A stretch of DNA of 32,000 nt from Burkholderiales bacterium (GCA_947451925.1 CANGAW010000015.1:13625-45624), one strand, 5' to 3'. Positions 8,878 through 17,023 are shown, counted from the first letter of the stretch. The notes: generated from the letters alone by a model not told the origin. A program made the numbers and translations.

Positions 8878-9411
8878 TTACCCAAGGCAGCCACCCACCA
8901 TGACCGTAATATCCCGCAGCGCATAAAACCATTTTCCCTCAGCGCGCACAACGGCGACCAGACTGGACGTTTCCGCCACTTTAATTCGTACTGAATAAGA
9001 CGGATCGTTATTGGGCAACACATGAAAACCAACACATACCGGGTTGGGGTTCTGGTCTGCCAGCAGTGCGATGAAGTCGGCGTTGGGGATGTGGCTAGTC
9101 AGGCTCACCTGCACATTGGTGCCGTTTTCGGCCAGTTCAGGCGCTTCAATGATGATCTCGTTTTCTTTGGCCAAACTCAATCCGGGAGCGCGGCCGCGTT
9201 CAGTTACCGTTTTCGATGAGTTCGGCGTCGTTGTGTCGCCATTCATCGCAATGACAAATGCTTCGAGACTTTTTGCAGAATAGACTGCACCATTCCAGTC
9301 CGACCCCCAGGACACGCCGGCAAACACCTCAGAGGGTTTCAACAGCCCGCTGGTGAAGGCCAATGCCAGTGCCGAGGCAACGCGCATCACATCTCGTCTG
9401 CTCTGATCCAT
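8878..9411 (-). CDS. SoxY-like sulfur-carrier protein with Tat signal (orphan, no SoxZ nearby)
   Basis: Tat-type N-terminus MDQSRRDVMRVASALALAFTSGLLKPSEVFA. SoxY-like body (IAENGTNVQVSL..., ADQNPNPV..., VRIKVAETSSLVAVV). C-terminal swinging-arm-like ...VMVGGCLG, where canonical SoxY ends in GGCGG. Confidence 0.6.
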   Translation of the reverse strand: MDQSRRDVMRVASALALAFTSGLLKPSEVFAGVSWGSDWNGAVYSAKSLEAFVIAMNGDTTTPNSSKTVTERGRAPGLSLAKENEIIIEAPELAENGTNVQVSLTSHIPNADFIALLADQNPNPVCVGFHVLPNNDPSYSVRIKVAETSSLVAVVRAEGKWFYALRDITVMVGGCLG

Positions 9412-9599
9412 TTGCTATTCCCAGGGTTGAATTTGTCGGCATTGTGCCATAGAAAGGATGCGGATATTGGGAACGATCATTGCGATTGTGGTCGTCAATA
9501 AGAGCTAAAAATTCTGTTTTGAGTGAAGTTTGAATTAATGTAATTTTTGAATTTATATTGAGATTCACGCAGTTTGATTTAACGATCAAATTTGTTTCA

Positions 9600-10649
9600 T
9601 CATGCGCGTGTCAAAACGCGTGGAATGCCAGGCAAAAATTGATAAAAAATACTGGCAATGAGGTTTGCGCCAATCCAGCAAGTAAGTACGCCAGCAATGC
9701 CAACTCGCGAACCAGAAAAATTCCAGTAATCCATTACCGCATTTACGGCAATGCTCAAAGAAAAATGTACTAAAAATAATGCAAATGATTGTTGTCCATT
9801 TATCTTGATGAGCGCTTTTGCGGCGGAAGGAAGTTTTTCAAGCAATTTATCCAGCTCGGGTAATGCCAGCAGCATTAAGCCACTGATTAAAGCAACGGCA
9901 AATCGCCAGTCATGTTGTCGAATAAATGCCTCGTACAGCAGCATGGAGCAAGCCAGTAAAGCGGAAGCAACGGGGATTTTCTTTGAAAATTTTTGCGATG
10001 CATCTAAACGCTGCGCGACCAATGCACCGAATCCGTATGCATAAAAAAACCAGACACACCATTCCGACCAAAAGACATTCAGTGTTCGAAACCAAAGCAC
10101 GGATGCAAAGACGCCACAAGTGAGCAGCAAGGTAAATGCGTTGCGCATTTGAATACGGGCGCAAGCCCACACTAGCAGCGCACAAAACGCATACAACTGA
10201 AAGTCAATGCCGAGGTACCACACGCCGACATTCAGCGATGGCTGCCCGGTAATACCTTGCGCAAATAATAAGTGAGTCAGAGTCTGCAACACAGAGGGCG
10301 CAGCAGGGACAATCGTGTCTTGGGTAAAAGTGCGTGCAATCCATGAAACAGCCATGACTAAAATCAAAGCAAAGGTATACGGCCAGATCAGCCGCACGTA
10401 CCTAATCCAAATTGATTTTAAAAAGTCGTTGAAGCTTAAAATGCGGCAGCCCAGCGAGCTGACTGCCAGATAGCCGCCGATAACAAAAAACGCTTGAACT
10501 GCATATAAACCGTATTCATAAAAAAACCAGGCTAAAGTTGGCGCTGCTATAGCGAATGATTTTGCTAGTGGACCATAAAGTGTTAAGTGATGAAGAACGA
10601 TGATTTGGGAGGCTAATCCCTTAATAAGGCTAATTAGTAGTGAGCTCAT
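9600..10649 (-). CDS. acyltransferase family 3 integral membrane protein
   Basis: 349-aa ORF with about 10 hydrophobic segments. The N-terminal region (...IIVLHHLTLYGPL...AVQAFFVIGGYLA) is typical of the acyltransferase_3 family. Confidence 0.7.
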   Translation of the reverse strand: MSSLLISLIKGLASQIIVLHHLTLYGPLAKSFAIAAPTLAWFFYEYGLYAVQAFFVIGGYLAVSSLGCRILSFNDFLKSIWIRYVRLIWPYTFALILVMAVSWIARTFTQDTIVPAAPSVLQTLTHLLFAQGITGQPSLNVGVWYLGIDFQLYAFCALLVWACARIQMRNAFTLLLTCGVFASVLWFRTLNVFWSEWCVWFFYAYGFGALVAQRLDASQKFSKKIPVASALLACSMLLYEAFIRQHDWRFAVALISGLMLLALPELDKLLEKLPSAAKALIKINGQQSFALFLVHFSLSIAVNAVMDYWNFSGSRVGIAGVLTCWIGANLIASIFYQFLPGIPRVLTRA

Positions 10650-10863
10650 GCTTCTAAAATAAAACGGCGCAATTCAAATACGCAGTGAGTTGTCGTTGAT
10701 TCGCCGTAAGCAAGTATTGCAAACCTCTATAAGACGCCCGATTGGGAAGGCACCCTCAAAATTGCTGTCTATGGACTGTTAGCCATCAAGTTCAAGCTTA
10801 GACTCTCCGATGGCGGTAGTACTTCGTGAAGTTGAAACTACCTTAATATTTTCGCCAAACAGT

Positions 10864-10895
10864 AAAAAGCCCAGCTTTTTGAGCTGGGCTTTTTA
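10864..10895 (-). terminator. hairpin with flanking A/T runs next to the outermost tRNA-Asn 3' copy (probable ancestral tRNA terminator; bidirectional geometry)
   Basis: AAAAAGCCCAGCT-ttttg-AGCTGGGCTTTTT. Confidence 0.55.
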
Positions 10896-10906
10896 CTTAA
10901 ATATTG

Positions 10907-10951
10907 TGGCTCCCTGACCTGGACTCGAACCAGGAACCTGCGGATTAACAG
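10907..10951 (-). repeat. att repeat A: 45-bp copy of the tRNA-Asn 3' half (anticodon loop to CCA), 43/45 identical to the expressed gene
   Basis: tggctccctgacctggactcgaaccaggaacctgcggattaacag, compared with 24716-24760. Homology stops exactly at ...ttaacag. Confidence 0.9.
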
Positions 10952-11021
10952 ACACTTTTCGACTCGCTGGTGCGCAAGCTTACACACATATCCACAGTTC
11001 TACAAATCGCATTCGCGATAG

Positions 11022-11219
11022 TTAAGAATTGCGCTTGGGCAGTCTCACAAGCGGTGCATTGCCACGCGCCCTCGCTGCAACGCCAAGGGCGTGGGCAAGC
11101 TCTCCGGCATCACCTTCCTCAATCACTACAGAAAGACAGGTGGCCATGTCGGTATCGTACTTAAGGTATTCGGCAGGATCAAAATTGGGCAACTCAGTTA
11201 CACGAATTTTTTCAGTCAT
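11022..11219 (-). pseudogene. HigA-family (addiction-module antidote) protein, C-terminally truncated or degenerate, without its toxin partner
   Basis: MTEKIRVTELPNFDPAEYLKYDTDMATCLSVVIEEGDAGELAHALGVAARARG... matches the N-terminal two-thirds of this antitoxin family. The HTH part is replaced by unrelated residues close to att repeat A. Only about 125 bp lie upstream before vapC. Confidence 0.5.
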
Positions 11220-11344
11220 AGTGAGCGGATAACTGGTCGACTCTAGCAGGTGTGCTTAGGCACAGCTCGGCCGGCATACTACAGGGCGACAGCAACTTTG
11301 CGGGTCGCATAGTTTGCTCGTCATATATGTGAGGGAGGAGATGA

Positions 11345-11755
11345 TCAGCGCGGTGGCTCGATCCAGTTTTCTGTCTGCAACGCGGGCACGCGCTCGAATT
11401 CCCTGAGGTTATTCGTCACCAGCACAAGTCCTTCACTGCGCGCATGGGCTGCAATGTGCAGGTCGTTGACTCCGATGGCCTGCCCTTGCGTTTCCAGCGC
11501 GGCACGGATGGATCCATAGTGCTGTGCGGCCCTGGATGTGTAGGGCAGCACTTCCAGGCGGCTGGTGAAGTCATCGATGACGCGCAGGTTGTCTGCCATC
11601 CGCGTGCTCTTTTCTGCACCGTGGTAAAGCTCCGCGAGCGTGATGCTGGAGATGGCCATCCTGTCGGTGTGCTGGTTGAAGGTCTTCAGTACTTCGGCTG
11701 GGCGGCGCTTGATCACGTAGATGACAATGTTCGTGTCGAGCAGGTAGCGGATCAT
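11345..11755 (-). CDS. vapC: PIN-domain toxin VapC
   Basis: MIRYLLDTNIVIYVIKRRP... is a PIN N-terminal acidic motif. 136 aa, with a 4-nt overlap with the upstream antitoxin gene. Confidence 0.85.
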   Translation of the reverse strand: MIRYLLDTNIVIYVIKRRPAEVLKTFNQHTDRMAISSITLAELYHGAEKSTRMADNLRVIDDFTSRLEVLPYTSRAAQHYGSIRAALETQGQAIGVNDLHIAAHARSEGLVLVTNNLREFERVPALQTENWIEPPR

Positions 11756-11988
11756 TCAAAGGATTCCCTCTCGGGTTGCTCCTGGCTGGCGCGCTCCGGC
11801 ATGAAATCGGCGCTGACTTGCGGACCGCCGAGAAAGAAGCTGTCCCAAGAACTGTCCAACGGGGAGATGATGCGCTCGTTGCCGATGGCTCGCACCTGCA
11901 CTCGCTTAACGTTTTCCGGTAAGCGCAGATCGGCAGGCAGGCGCACGGCTTGGGTGCGGTTGTTGATGAAGACGGTGCTGATGGTCAT
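11752..11988 (-). CDS. vapB: AbrB/SpoVT-type antitoxin VapB
   Basis: Start chosen at ATG 11988 (MTISTVFINNRTQAVRLPADLRLP...), with GGAGGT 5 nt upstream (reverse complement of 11993-11998). The longer track ORF, whose start is at 12033, is probably over-extended. Confidence 0.8.
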   Translation of the reverse strand: MTISTVFINNRTQAVRLPADLRLPENVKRVQVRAIGNERIISPLDSSWDSFFLGGPQVSADFMPERASQEQPERESFE

Positions 11989-12095
11989 CCTGACCTCCGG
12001 GTAATAAGTGTATATGGCACGAGTATATGGCACTTAAACGAAGGGTTCAAGTCCTTCATTCCTAGCAGTCTTGGCGATCTATTTGCGAATCAGGC

Positions 12096-12208
12096 TTACG
12101 TCGTCTTGCTAATACCCAGCTTCCTGCAGACCTCGTCAACACTGGTTCTCAGCTCAGCCTGCTTCAAGCCAAAGACGATTTGCTGCTCTGTGGATTTGTT
12201 TTCTTCAT
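12096..12208 (-). pseudogene. IS3-family (IS407-like) transposase OrfA N-terminal fragment, frameshifted
   Basis: Manual translation gives MKKT.. then, in the next frame, TEQQIVFGLKQAELRTSVDEVCRKLGISKTT*. This is the HTH start of IS3 OrfA proteins. No remainder of the IS is present. Confidence 0.6.
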
Positions 12209-12324
12209 CCTTGACCTCGTTTCACATCATGAAAATTGGCCAGAAAATTCTAATTTAAAACGGGACTGTTTTGTGGGGTAGGGTCAATGTTGATAAATTT
12301 TCTTTTTTATCAATATGTTCGAGC

Positions 12325-12422
12325 TATCGACACATTTTGAAAATTTGTCGATAAATTCGGAAAATATCGACAAGTTAGCTTGACAAGGTGATTTCATCGA
12401 CAAAAGGTATATTTATGTCGAA
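12325..12422. promoter_or_regulatory. array of five (A)TCGACA boxes upstream of fic (two of them inverted)
   Basis: TATCGACA at 12325-12332 and TGTCGATA at 12346-12353 form an inverted pair. ATCGACA occurs at 12366-12372 and 12396-12402, and TGTCGAA at 12416-12422. A TTGACA hexamer lies at 12380-12385. Confidence 0.4.
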
Positions 12423-12435
12423 AATTTAGTTAAAA

Positions 12436-13566
12436 ATGAACATTACCGCACCTAGCTGGCAGCCCGACCGTCCATACAACGAACTTCCTCCTTTGCCGCC
12501 GACCCAGGAGCTGGAGACCCGCGCTGTCCTGAAGCAGTGCATTACCGCCCGAGCAGCTCTGGCCGAATTGAAGCAGGCGGCGGGGCTGATTCCCAACAAG
12601 TCTATTTTGATCAGTCTCTTGCCGCTACTGGAGGCGCGTGCCAGTTCGGAAATCGAAAATATCGTCACCACAACGGACGAACTGTTTCGTCATGTCGGCA
12701 ACGAGGCACAGGCTAATCCCGCCACCAAGGAGGCCTTGCGTTATAGCCGTGCACTATTTGATGGATTTCAGGCGCTGAAACAAAGCCCGCTCAATACGCG
12801 TACGGCGGAGCAGGTGTGCACCACGATCAAGGGTGTGGAGATGTCGGTCCGGCGCACACCCGGTACAAAACTGCAAAACGAAGGTACAGGCAAGATCATC
12901 TATACCCCGCCCGAGGGTGAGGCGGTGCTGCGCGAACAGCTAGCCAACTGGGAACGCTACTTGCACAACGAAACGGAACTCGATCCTCTGATTCGCATGG
13001 CAGTCGGCCATTATCAGTTCGAGGCGATCCATCCGTTTACTGACGGCAATGGACGCACAGGGCGGATACTGAACAGCCTGTTCCTGATTGAAGAAGGTTT
13101 GCTAGGTTTGCCCATTCTGTATTTGAGCCGATATATCATCCAGAACAAAGCGGATTATTACCGTCTGCTGTTGCAGGTCACCCGCGAGCAGGATTGGGAG
13201 CCCTGGCTGCTTTACGTTATAAAGGGAGTGGAAAAAACGACGAGTTGGACGACTGCGAAGATTGCGGCAATCCGTGCCCTCTTCGATCATACATCGGAAC
13301 ATCTTCGTACCCAAGCGCCTAAGCTTTACAGCTATGAGTTAGTGAGCCTGTTGTTCGAGCTGCCGTATTGCCGCATCAGTAGCCTGACCGAAACGGGCAT
13401 TGCGAAACGCCAGACGGCTTCGTTGTATCTGAAGCAGTTAGTAGAAATTGGCGTACTCGCCGAAGTTGAGGCCGGCAAGGAAAAGCTCTTCGTCCATCCA
13501 AAGCTTATGCGGATGCTGACTCAGGACAGCAGTGAATTCACTCTCTATGGAAAATCCGTCGAATGA
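12436..13566 (+). CDS. fic: Fic-family protein, class II architecture (N-terminal inhibitory helix, Fic core, C-terminal wHTH-like part); SoFic-type
   Basis: Fic motif [12 protein letters not shown] is encoded at 13030-13065. The N-terminal SSEIEN fits the inhibitory (S/T)xxxE(G/N) motif. 376 aa. Confidence 0.85.
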   Translation: MNITAPSWQPDRPYNELPPLPPTQELETRAVLKQCITARAALAELKQAAGLIPNKSILISLLPLLEARASSEIENIVTTTDELFRHVGNEAQANPATKEALRYSRALFDGFQALKQSPLNTRTAEQVCTTIKGVEMSVRRTPGTKLQNEGTGKIIYTPPEGEAVLREQLANWERYLHNETELDPLIRMAVGHYQFEAIHPFTDGNGRTGRILNSLFLIEEGLLGLPILYLSRYIIQNKADYYRLLLQVTREQDWEPWLLYVIKGVEKTTSWTTAKIAAIRALFDHTSEHLRTQAPKLYSYELVSLLFELPYCRISSLTETGIAKRQTASLYLKQLVEIGVLAEVEAGKEKLFVHPKLMRMLTQDSSEFTLYGKSVE

Positions 13567-14075
13567 ATGACCGGATCCGGTCAAGCAATCCAAGCATCAA
13601 TATCAGACCACCCGCAACTACACCAACCTGAAAGCTTCTTTTAAGAATCGAGCGCTTGGTTTGTATGACTTTTAGGATTTCACCGCCGAAATCTTTTTTC
13701 CAGAGGATGATTTTCCATTTAAGAGCGATCAAAGAACTTACAAATGCCAATGCGAAGAACGCAAAAGTAACCATCATTGAGTCGCTAGCGAGATTTCATG
13801 TTATTTCAGGAATATTAACAAGCATCCCTTTCGCATCTGTGCTTTGTAAACAGCGCAGTATTCGGCGTTGGGTTAAGACTGAATTTTAGACAGCTATTCC
13901 CTCTTCAGCGCCTTCAACTTCTCGTACAAGGAGTCACGAAACCTCTGCGCATCTTTGGCGTAGTGAAGCCTTCTATGTCAGTTTGGGCAAACGGCAACTG
14001 TGTTCGATGGCGTAGGTGGAACGTTCGTGTTCAGGTCGACAGAGAAGGGGGCATAGCAATTCCGAACCCCAAAGC

Positions 14076-14108
14076 AAAAAGCCCAACCGATGAAGGCTGG
14101 GCTTTTTG
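14076..14108 (-). terminator. hairpin with A/T runs adjacent to att repeat B
   Basis: AAAAAGCCCAACC-gatgaa-GGCTGGGCTTTTTG. Confidence 0.45.
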
Positions 14109-14119
14109 TTTATAACTAG

Positions 14120-14164
14120 TGGCTCCCCGACCTGGACTCGAACCAGGGACCTGCGGATTAACAG
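14120..14164 (-). repeat. att repeat B: 45-bp copy of the tRNA-Asn 3' half, 45/45 identical to 24716-24760
   Basis: tggctccccgacctggactcgaaccagggacctgcggattaacag. It diverges immediately after ...ttaacag. Confidence 0.9.
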
Positions 14165-14263
14165 CGTCGATGGCTGTTAAAAATAACTGTAAAATCAATG
14201 TATTGCGACGATATTTGTCGAGCGTGTAATTGTTCGTGTAATTGAATATCACCGAAATGCGTG

Positions 14264-14869
14264 CTAACTGGACTTGTCTTTCATCGATTTATTAAGTAAC
14301 TGAATTGTATGCTGGAAGTGTTCTGCGGCCGATGTGGTTGCGAGATCCTCAACTGAGAATGCTTTGAGTGAAAATCCATAGGTTTGCCCCTTTTTGCTCC
14401 TGAGTGAAGCGATCTCATATGCTCCTTGAGACGATTTGATTGACTTACGAATCCATATTGGTGCCCCTAGGATTATTTTGCTTCTTACAAAAACGATTCT
14501 GTCCTCTGTCGTATAAAGAATCGTTCCCTCGTTGTTAGGCAATGGATGCAGTTCGTTGCAGAGAAACGGGAACCATCCTTTCCCTTTTTCCGTTAGGATC
14601 CGCTCATCTACACGATTTATATTGTTAGGATCCGTACAAGGGTGTTTAGGCCAAGGAGGGCCCGGGTGATCAAAAAAAACCGTGCCACCATCAGGTGAGC
14701 GATAAAAAAATACATCGGCTTTACAGACGGGGCATTGTGCATTTGGATTGCTGTAGCTTTTTTCTTTGTTCCAATAATCACCGGCATATTTAATGCCTCC
14801 GGGATCATAAAAAACACCACCCCAACCACAATTGCAGTCTGAGGAATGCCCATATCCATTGCAAGTCAT
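14264..14869 (-). CDS. hypothetical protein with Cys/His-rich N-terminal (zinc-ribbon-like) region
   Basis: 201-aa ORF with N-terminus MTCNGYGHSSDCNCGWGG...CPVCKADVFFYRSPDGGTVFFDHPGPPWPKHPC. Same strand as, and 96 bp downstream of, the caspase-like gene. Confidence 0.6.
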   Translation of the reverse strand: MTCNGYGHSSDCNCGWGGVFYDPGGIKYAGDYWNKEKSYSNPNAQCPVCKADVFFYRSPDGGTVFFDHPGPPWPKHPCTDPNNINRVDERILTEKGKGWFPFLCNELHPLPNNEGTILYTTEDRIVFVRSKIILGAPIWIRKSIKSSQGAYEIASLRSKKGQTYGFSLKAFSVEDLATTSAAEHFQHTIQLLNKSMKDKSS

Positions 14870-14965
14870 GCCTATTGTCCTAGTACTATGAATAAGATCT
14901 ACTAAAAAAACTATTCATCGCTATTGGAATAAAAATCATATATTTAAGTGATTTATTGCAATAAA

Positions 14966-15604
14966 TTAGAGTCTGCCTTCTTTGGCTAATCGCCAGTAAT
15001 AACGACCTGCTGCTGTCAATTTACAGCTTTTTGACTGTATTGCTGCATCGTACATATGTTTTGCGTTATTAGGAACAACCAAATGAATCCTGTTGAGTTT
15101 TTGTAGCTTAGAAAATATTTCAATTTTTTCTTTAATGCAAAAATCCGATGTCTCTTCGAATTCTGGTGATAAGTCATAATCTTCCGCAGGCAATGGAAAT
15201 AAGTTAGGTAATTCTCGCAATAGCTTGATGCTAACTGGCGGCTCACATTTTCGTATTGCAATCACCTTTGAAACATGAGCCTTTAAGAGTGGCCTCTGAT
15301 CCCAGGCTCCAAGAGCGGCTTCAACTTTTGCGTATATGGATGGAATTGATATATTGCCAAGGATGTCTGCAGCGCCACCTTCTAGTGAATCAAGTACAAG
15401 AGATGTAAATAAACCACCGCCATCAACTTCGACGGACATCTGATTACCTCGGCTGGCAGTGATAATTGAAATGCCTTCGCGCAGTACGGCCATTTCATTG
15501 TTTAATTCAGGTGCATTACCTAGTAATCCTGAATGACAGCAATCTAGAAGTATTACAATTTCATCTGCTTTTGAGTCGTTGGCCATTTTAAGAACATCTG
15601 CCAT
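14966..15604 (-). CDS. caspase-like (peptidase C14 fold) protein lacking the N-terminal His-bearing half, plus an unknown C-terminal domain
   Basis: The DCCHSG catalytic-Cys motif is at residues 21-26 (15527-15544). It is followed by the typical ...ITASRGNQMSVE...GGGLFTSLVLDSLEGGAAD. An in-frame stop lies 4 codons upstream of the ATG, and GAGG lies 9 nt upstream. No GHG-type His segment occurs in any minus frame upstream. Confidence 0.6.
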   Translation of the reverse strand: MADVLKMANDSKADEIVILLDCCHSGLLGNAPELNNEMAVLREGISIITASRGNQMSVEVDGGGLFTSLVLDSLEGGAADILGNISIPSIYAKVEAALGAWDQRPLLKAHVSKVIAIRKCEPPVSIKLLRELPNLFPLPAEDYDLSPEFEETSDFCIKEKIEIFSKLQKLNRIHLVVPNNAKHMYDAAIQSKSCKLTAAGRYYWRLAKEGRL

Positions 15605-15630
15605 GGTTTGGCTGCCTCAGTCGAGCTCAG

Positions 15631-15918
15631 TTGCTGAAAAACCCATTAGGAAAAATTTTCGAAAAAATGGCAGTGATAGCTGGCGATAAAACTGAGCTTT
15701 GGGCTGTTTCAAAAATACCTGTGCGGCTTGATGGTATGACTCTAGAGCAATTAACCCCTGACGGTTGGATTCCAAGATTGGAATTCAGCATTGATGAAGA
15801 AGATGAGATTTGCTTTGCCGAATATGAGGATGCTGAATTCGAAGACATTATGCTAAACAGCTTTGAAAAGAGAATGGAGCTTTTTAATAATGCAAAGAAT
15901 TTAGCTACAGCTGCTTAA
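15631..15918 (+). CDS. small acidic hypothetical protein (start uncertain: TTG 15631 or ATG 15667)
   Basis: 95-aa ORF with an acidic core (EFSIDEEDEICFAEYEDAEFEDIM). Divergent from the caspase-like gene. Weak RBS. Confidence 0.4.
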   Translation: MLKNPLGKIFEKMAVIAGDKTELWAVSKIPVRLDGMTLEQLTPDGWIPRLEFSIDEEDEICFAEYEDAEFEDIMLNSFEKRMELFNNAKNLATAA

Positions 15919-15945
15919 TGCACTAATTTATTTTTGGAGAAAACA

Positions 15946-16266
15946 ATGAATAAAACCTTCATTAATGTTGCGAATGCGAGAACTACAGTACTCGTGGATT
16001 TTAAGATTGCACCGATAGATAGGCATTTCGAGGAATCGCTAACCCAGCATCTATCGGCTACGGTTGATGTTTCTGGAAATCCTGAGCAAGCTGTGAATGT
16101 GATGAATTCTATTACTCATTACAAAGGGGATATCGATGCAATTCAATATCAATTCGGTAGTACCGAATCCGCTGATCAAGAACTCGACTATGTGGCAGAA
16201 AATATTGAGCGAGAATTCTTGTATTGGTTGGTGAAGATGAATGGTTATGATGCAGTACGCCCTTGA
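15946..16266 (+). CDS. small hypothetical protein
   Basis: ATG at 15946 (MNKTFINVANAR...) is preceded by GGAGAAAACA. The track ORF start at 15934 is a TTG. Confidence 0.5.
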   Translation: MNKTFINVANARTTVLVDFKIAPIDRHFEESLTQHLSATVDVSGNPEQAVNVMNSITHYKGDIDAIQYQFGSTESADQELDYVAENIEREFLYWLVKMNGYDAVRP

Positions 16267-16302
16267 TAATTTGATTTTTTTTCGAATTTGATATTGGTAA
16301 AT

Positions 16303-16869
16303 TCATACCAGCTCAACGGCCCGGCGCAGCATGTCGTCATTGACGTCAATGTAGCGCTGGGTCACAGCAATTGATCTATGTCCTGCAAGGCTTGCTAGAA
16401 CACGAACACCGATACCTTTGCTGGCCAACGTGGTGATAAATGATCTTCGCATGCTGTGGCTACTGGCGCCTGCAACGCCTGCGCGTTTGAACAACCAATG
16501 AAAGTGTTGGGTTAGTACATTGGCAGTGAAGGCGCGTCGTCCCGCTGTGACGAATAGTGGTGTATCAGGTGTTAATGGCTGTCGCATGTCGATATAGTTC
16601 TGTAGTTCAGTTTGAAGTCGTTCAGGTAGGAATACTGTTCTCGCATGATGGCCTTTGGTCTGTGTAGCTGATAATCTTATTTCTGCTCTAACCTTTTGGT
16701 CAGCGTTCGCGATGTCTCTTATGCGAAGGCTGGCAATTTCTCCAACTCGCATGCCTGACCAATAACCCGTTAGCAGCATCAAGCGATTGCGAAGGGCGAA
16801 TTTGCGTGTTGCGATGAATGCGAGTACTTGTTCAAGTTCTGCGGGAGTGAGTGTTTTTGCTTGTGACAT
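16303..16869 (-). CDS. small (188 aa) catalytic-domain-only tyrosine recombinase, FimB/FimE-like in size and layout
   Basis: MRVGEIASLRIRDI (Arg I region), SSHSMRRSFITTLA (HxxR), LAGHRSIAVTQRYIDV (His and the Tyr nucleophile). There is no N-terminal SAM-like arm or core-binding domain. Confidence 0.8.
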   Translation of the reverse strand: MSQAKTLTPAELEQVLAFIATRKFALRNRLMLLTGYWSGMRVGEIASLRIRDIANADQKVRAEIRLSATQTKGHHARTVFLPERLQTELQNYIDMRQPLTPDTPLFVTAGRRAFTANVLTQHFHWLFKRAGVAGASSHSMRRSFITTLASKGIGVRVLASLAGHRSIAVTQRYIDVNDDMLRRAVELV

Positions 16870-16935
16870 TGTGATTTCCTTAAGTAAATAAAACTGCTGC
16901 TTATAGTGTGTTTTCTTTTGCTTAAAAGGTCGACC

Positions 16936-16961
16936 AAAACCCGTGAAGTTGGCGGGTTTTT
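16936..16961. terminator. hairpin flanked by A- and T-runs between the recombinase gene and the ORF-less region
   Basis: AAAACCCG-tgaagttgg-CGGGTTTTT. Confidence 0.4.
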
Positions 16962-16993
16962 ATTTGAGCTTTTATTTCAATGACTTATGCAAT

Positions 16994-17023
16994 CACCAAA
17001 GAAAATGTATATTTCCTTTGGTG
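16994..17023. promoter_or_regulatory. lox/FRT-like palindrome (13-4-13, or 11-8-11 with spacer ATGTATAT), candidate core site for the adjacent recombinase
   Basis: CACCAAAGAAAAT-gtat-ATTTCCTTTGGTG has one arm mismatch and lies 125 bp upstream of the recombinase start codon. Confidence 0.45.

Larger units (their letters stand above)
10907..14164 (-). mobile_element. outer tRNA-Asn island remnant (about 3.2 kb, no integrase): HigA-like remnant, vapBC, IS3 orfA fragment, fic
   Basis: Bounded by att repeats A and B. Content is TA modules and gene fragments. Confidence 0.7.

Noticed and set aside
11444-12004. 186-aa + strand ORF across vapBC
   Set aside because: It is antisense to a canonical overlapping VapB/VapC pair and has no motifs.
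13538-13777. 79-aa minus ORF with two hydrophobic segments downstream of fic
   Set aside because: It overlaps the fic 3' end by 29 nt in convergent orientation and has no Shine-Dalgarno before the ATGATG. That is insufficient support to call a gene.
13890-14119. Search for an integrase remnant at the tRNA-proximal end of the outer island
   Set aside because: Manual translation of all three minus-strand frames gave only short stop-interrupted peptides with no recombinase motifs.
14031-14252. 73-aa minus ORF
   Set aside because: It reads straight through the 45-bp tRNA-Asn fragment and its terminator hairpin, so it is an artefact.
15627-15848. 73-aa minus ORF as the possible missing N-terminal (His) half of the caspase-like protein
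   Set aside because: It is in a different frame, has a Ser-rich low-complexity sequence with no GHG-type motif, and is antisense to the acidic + strand ORF.
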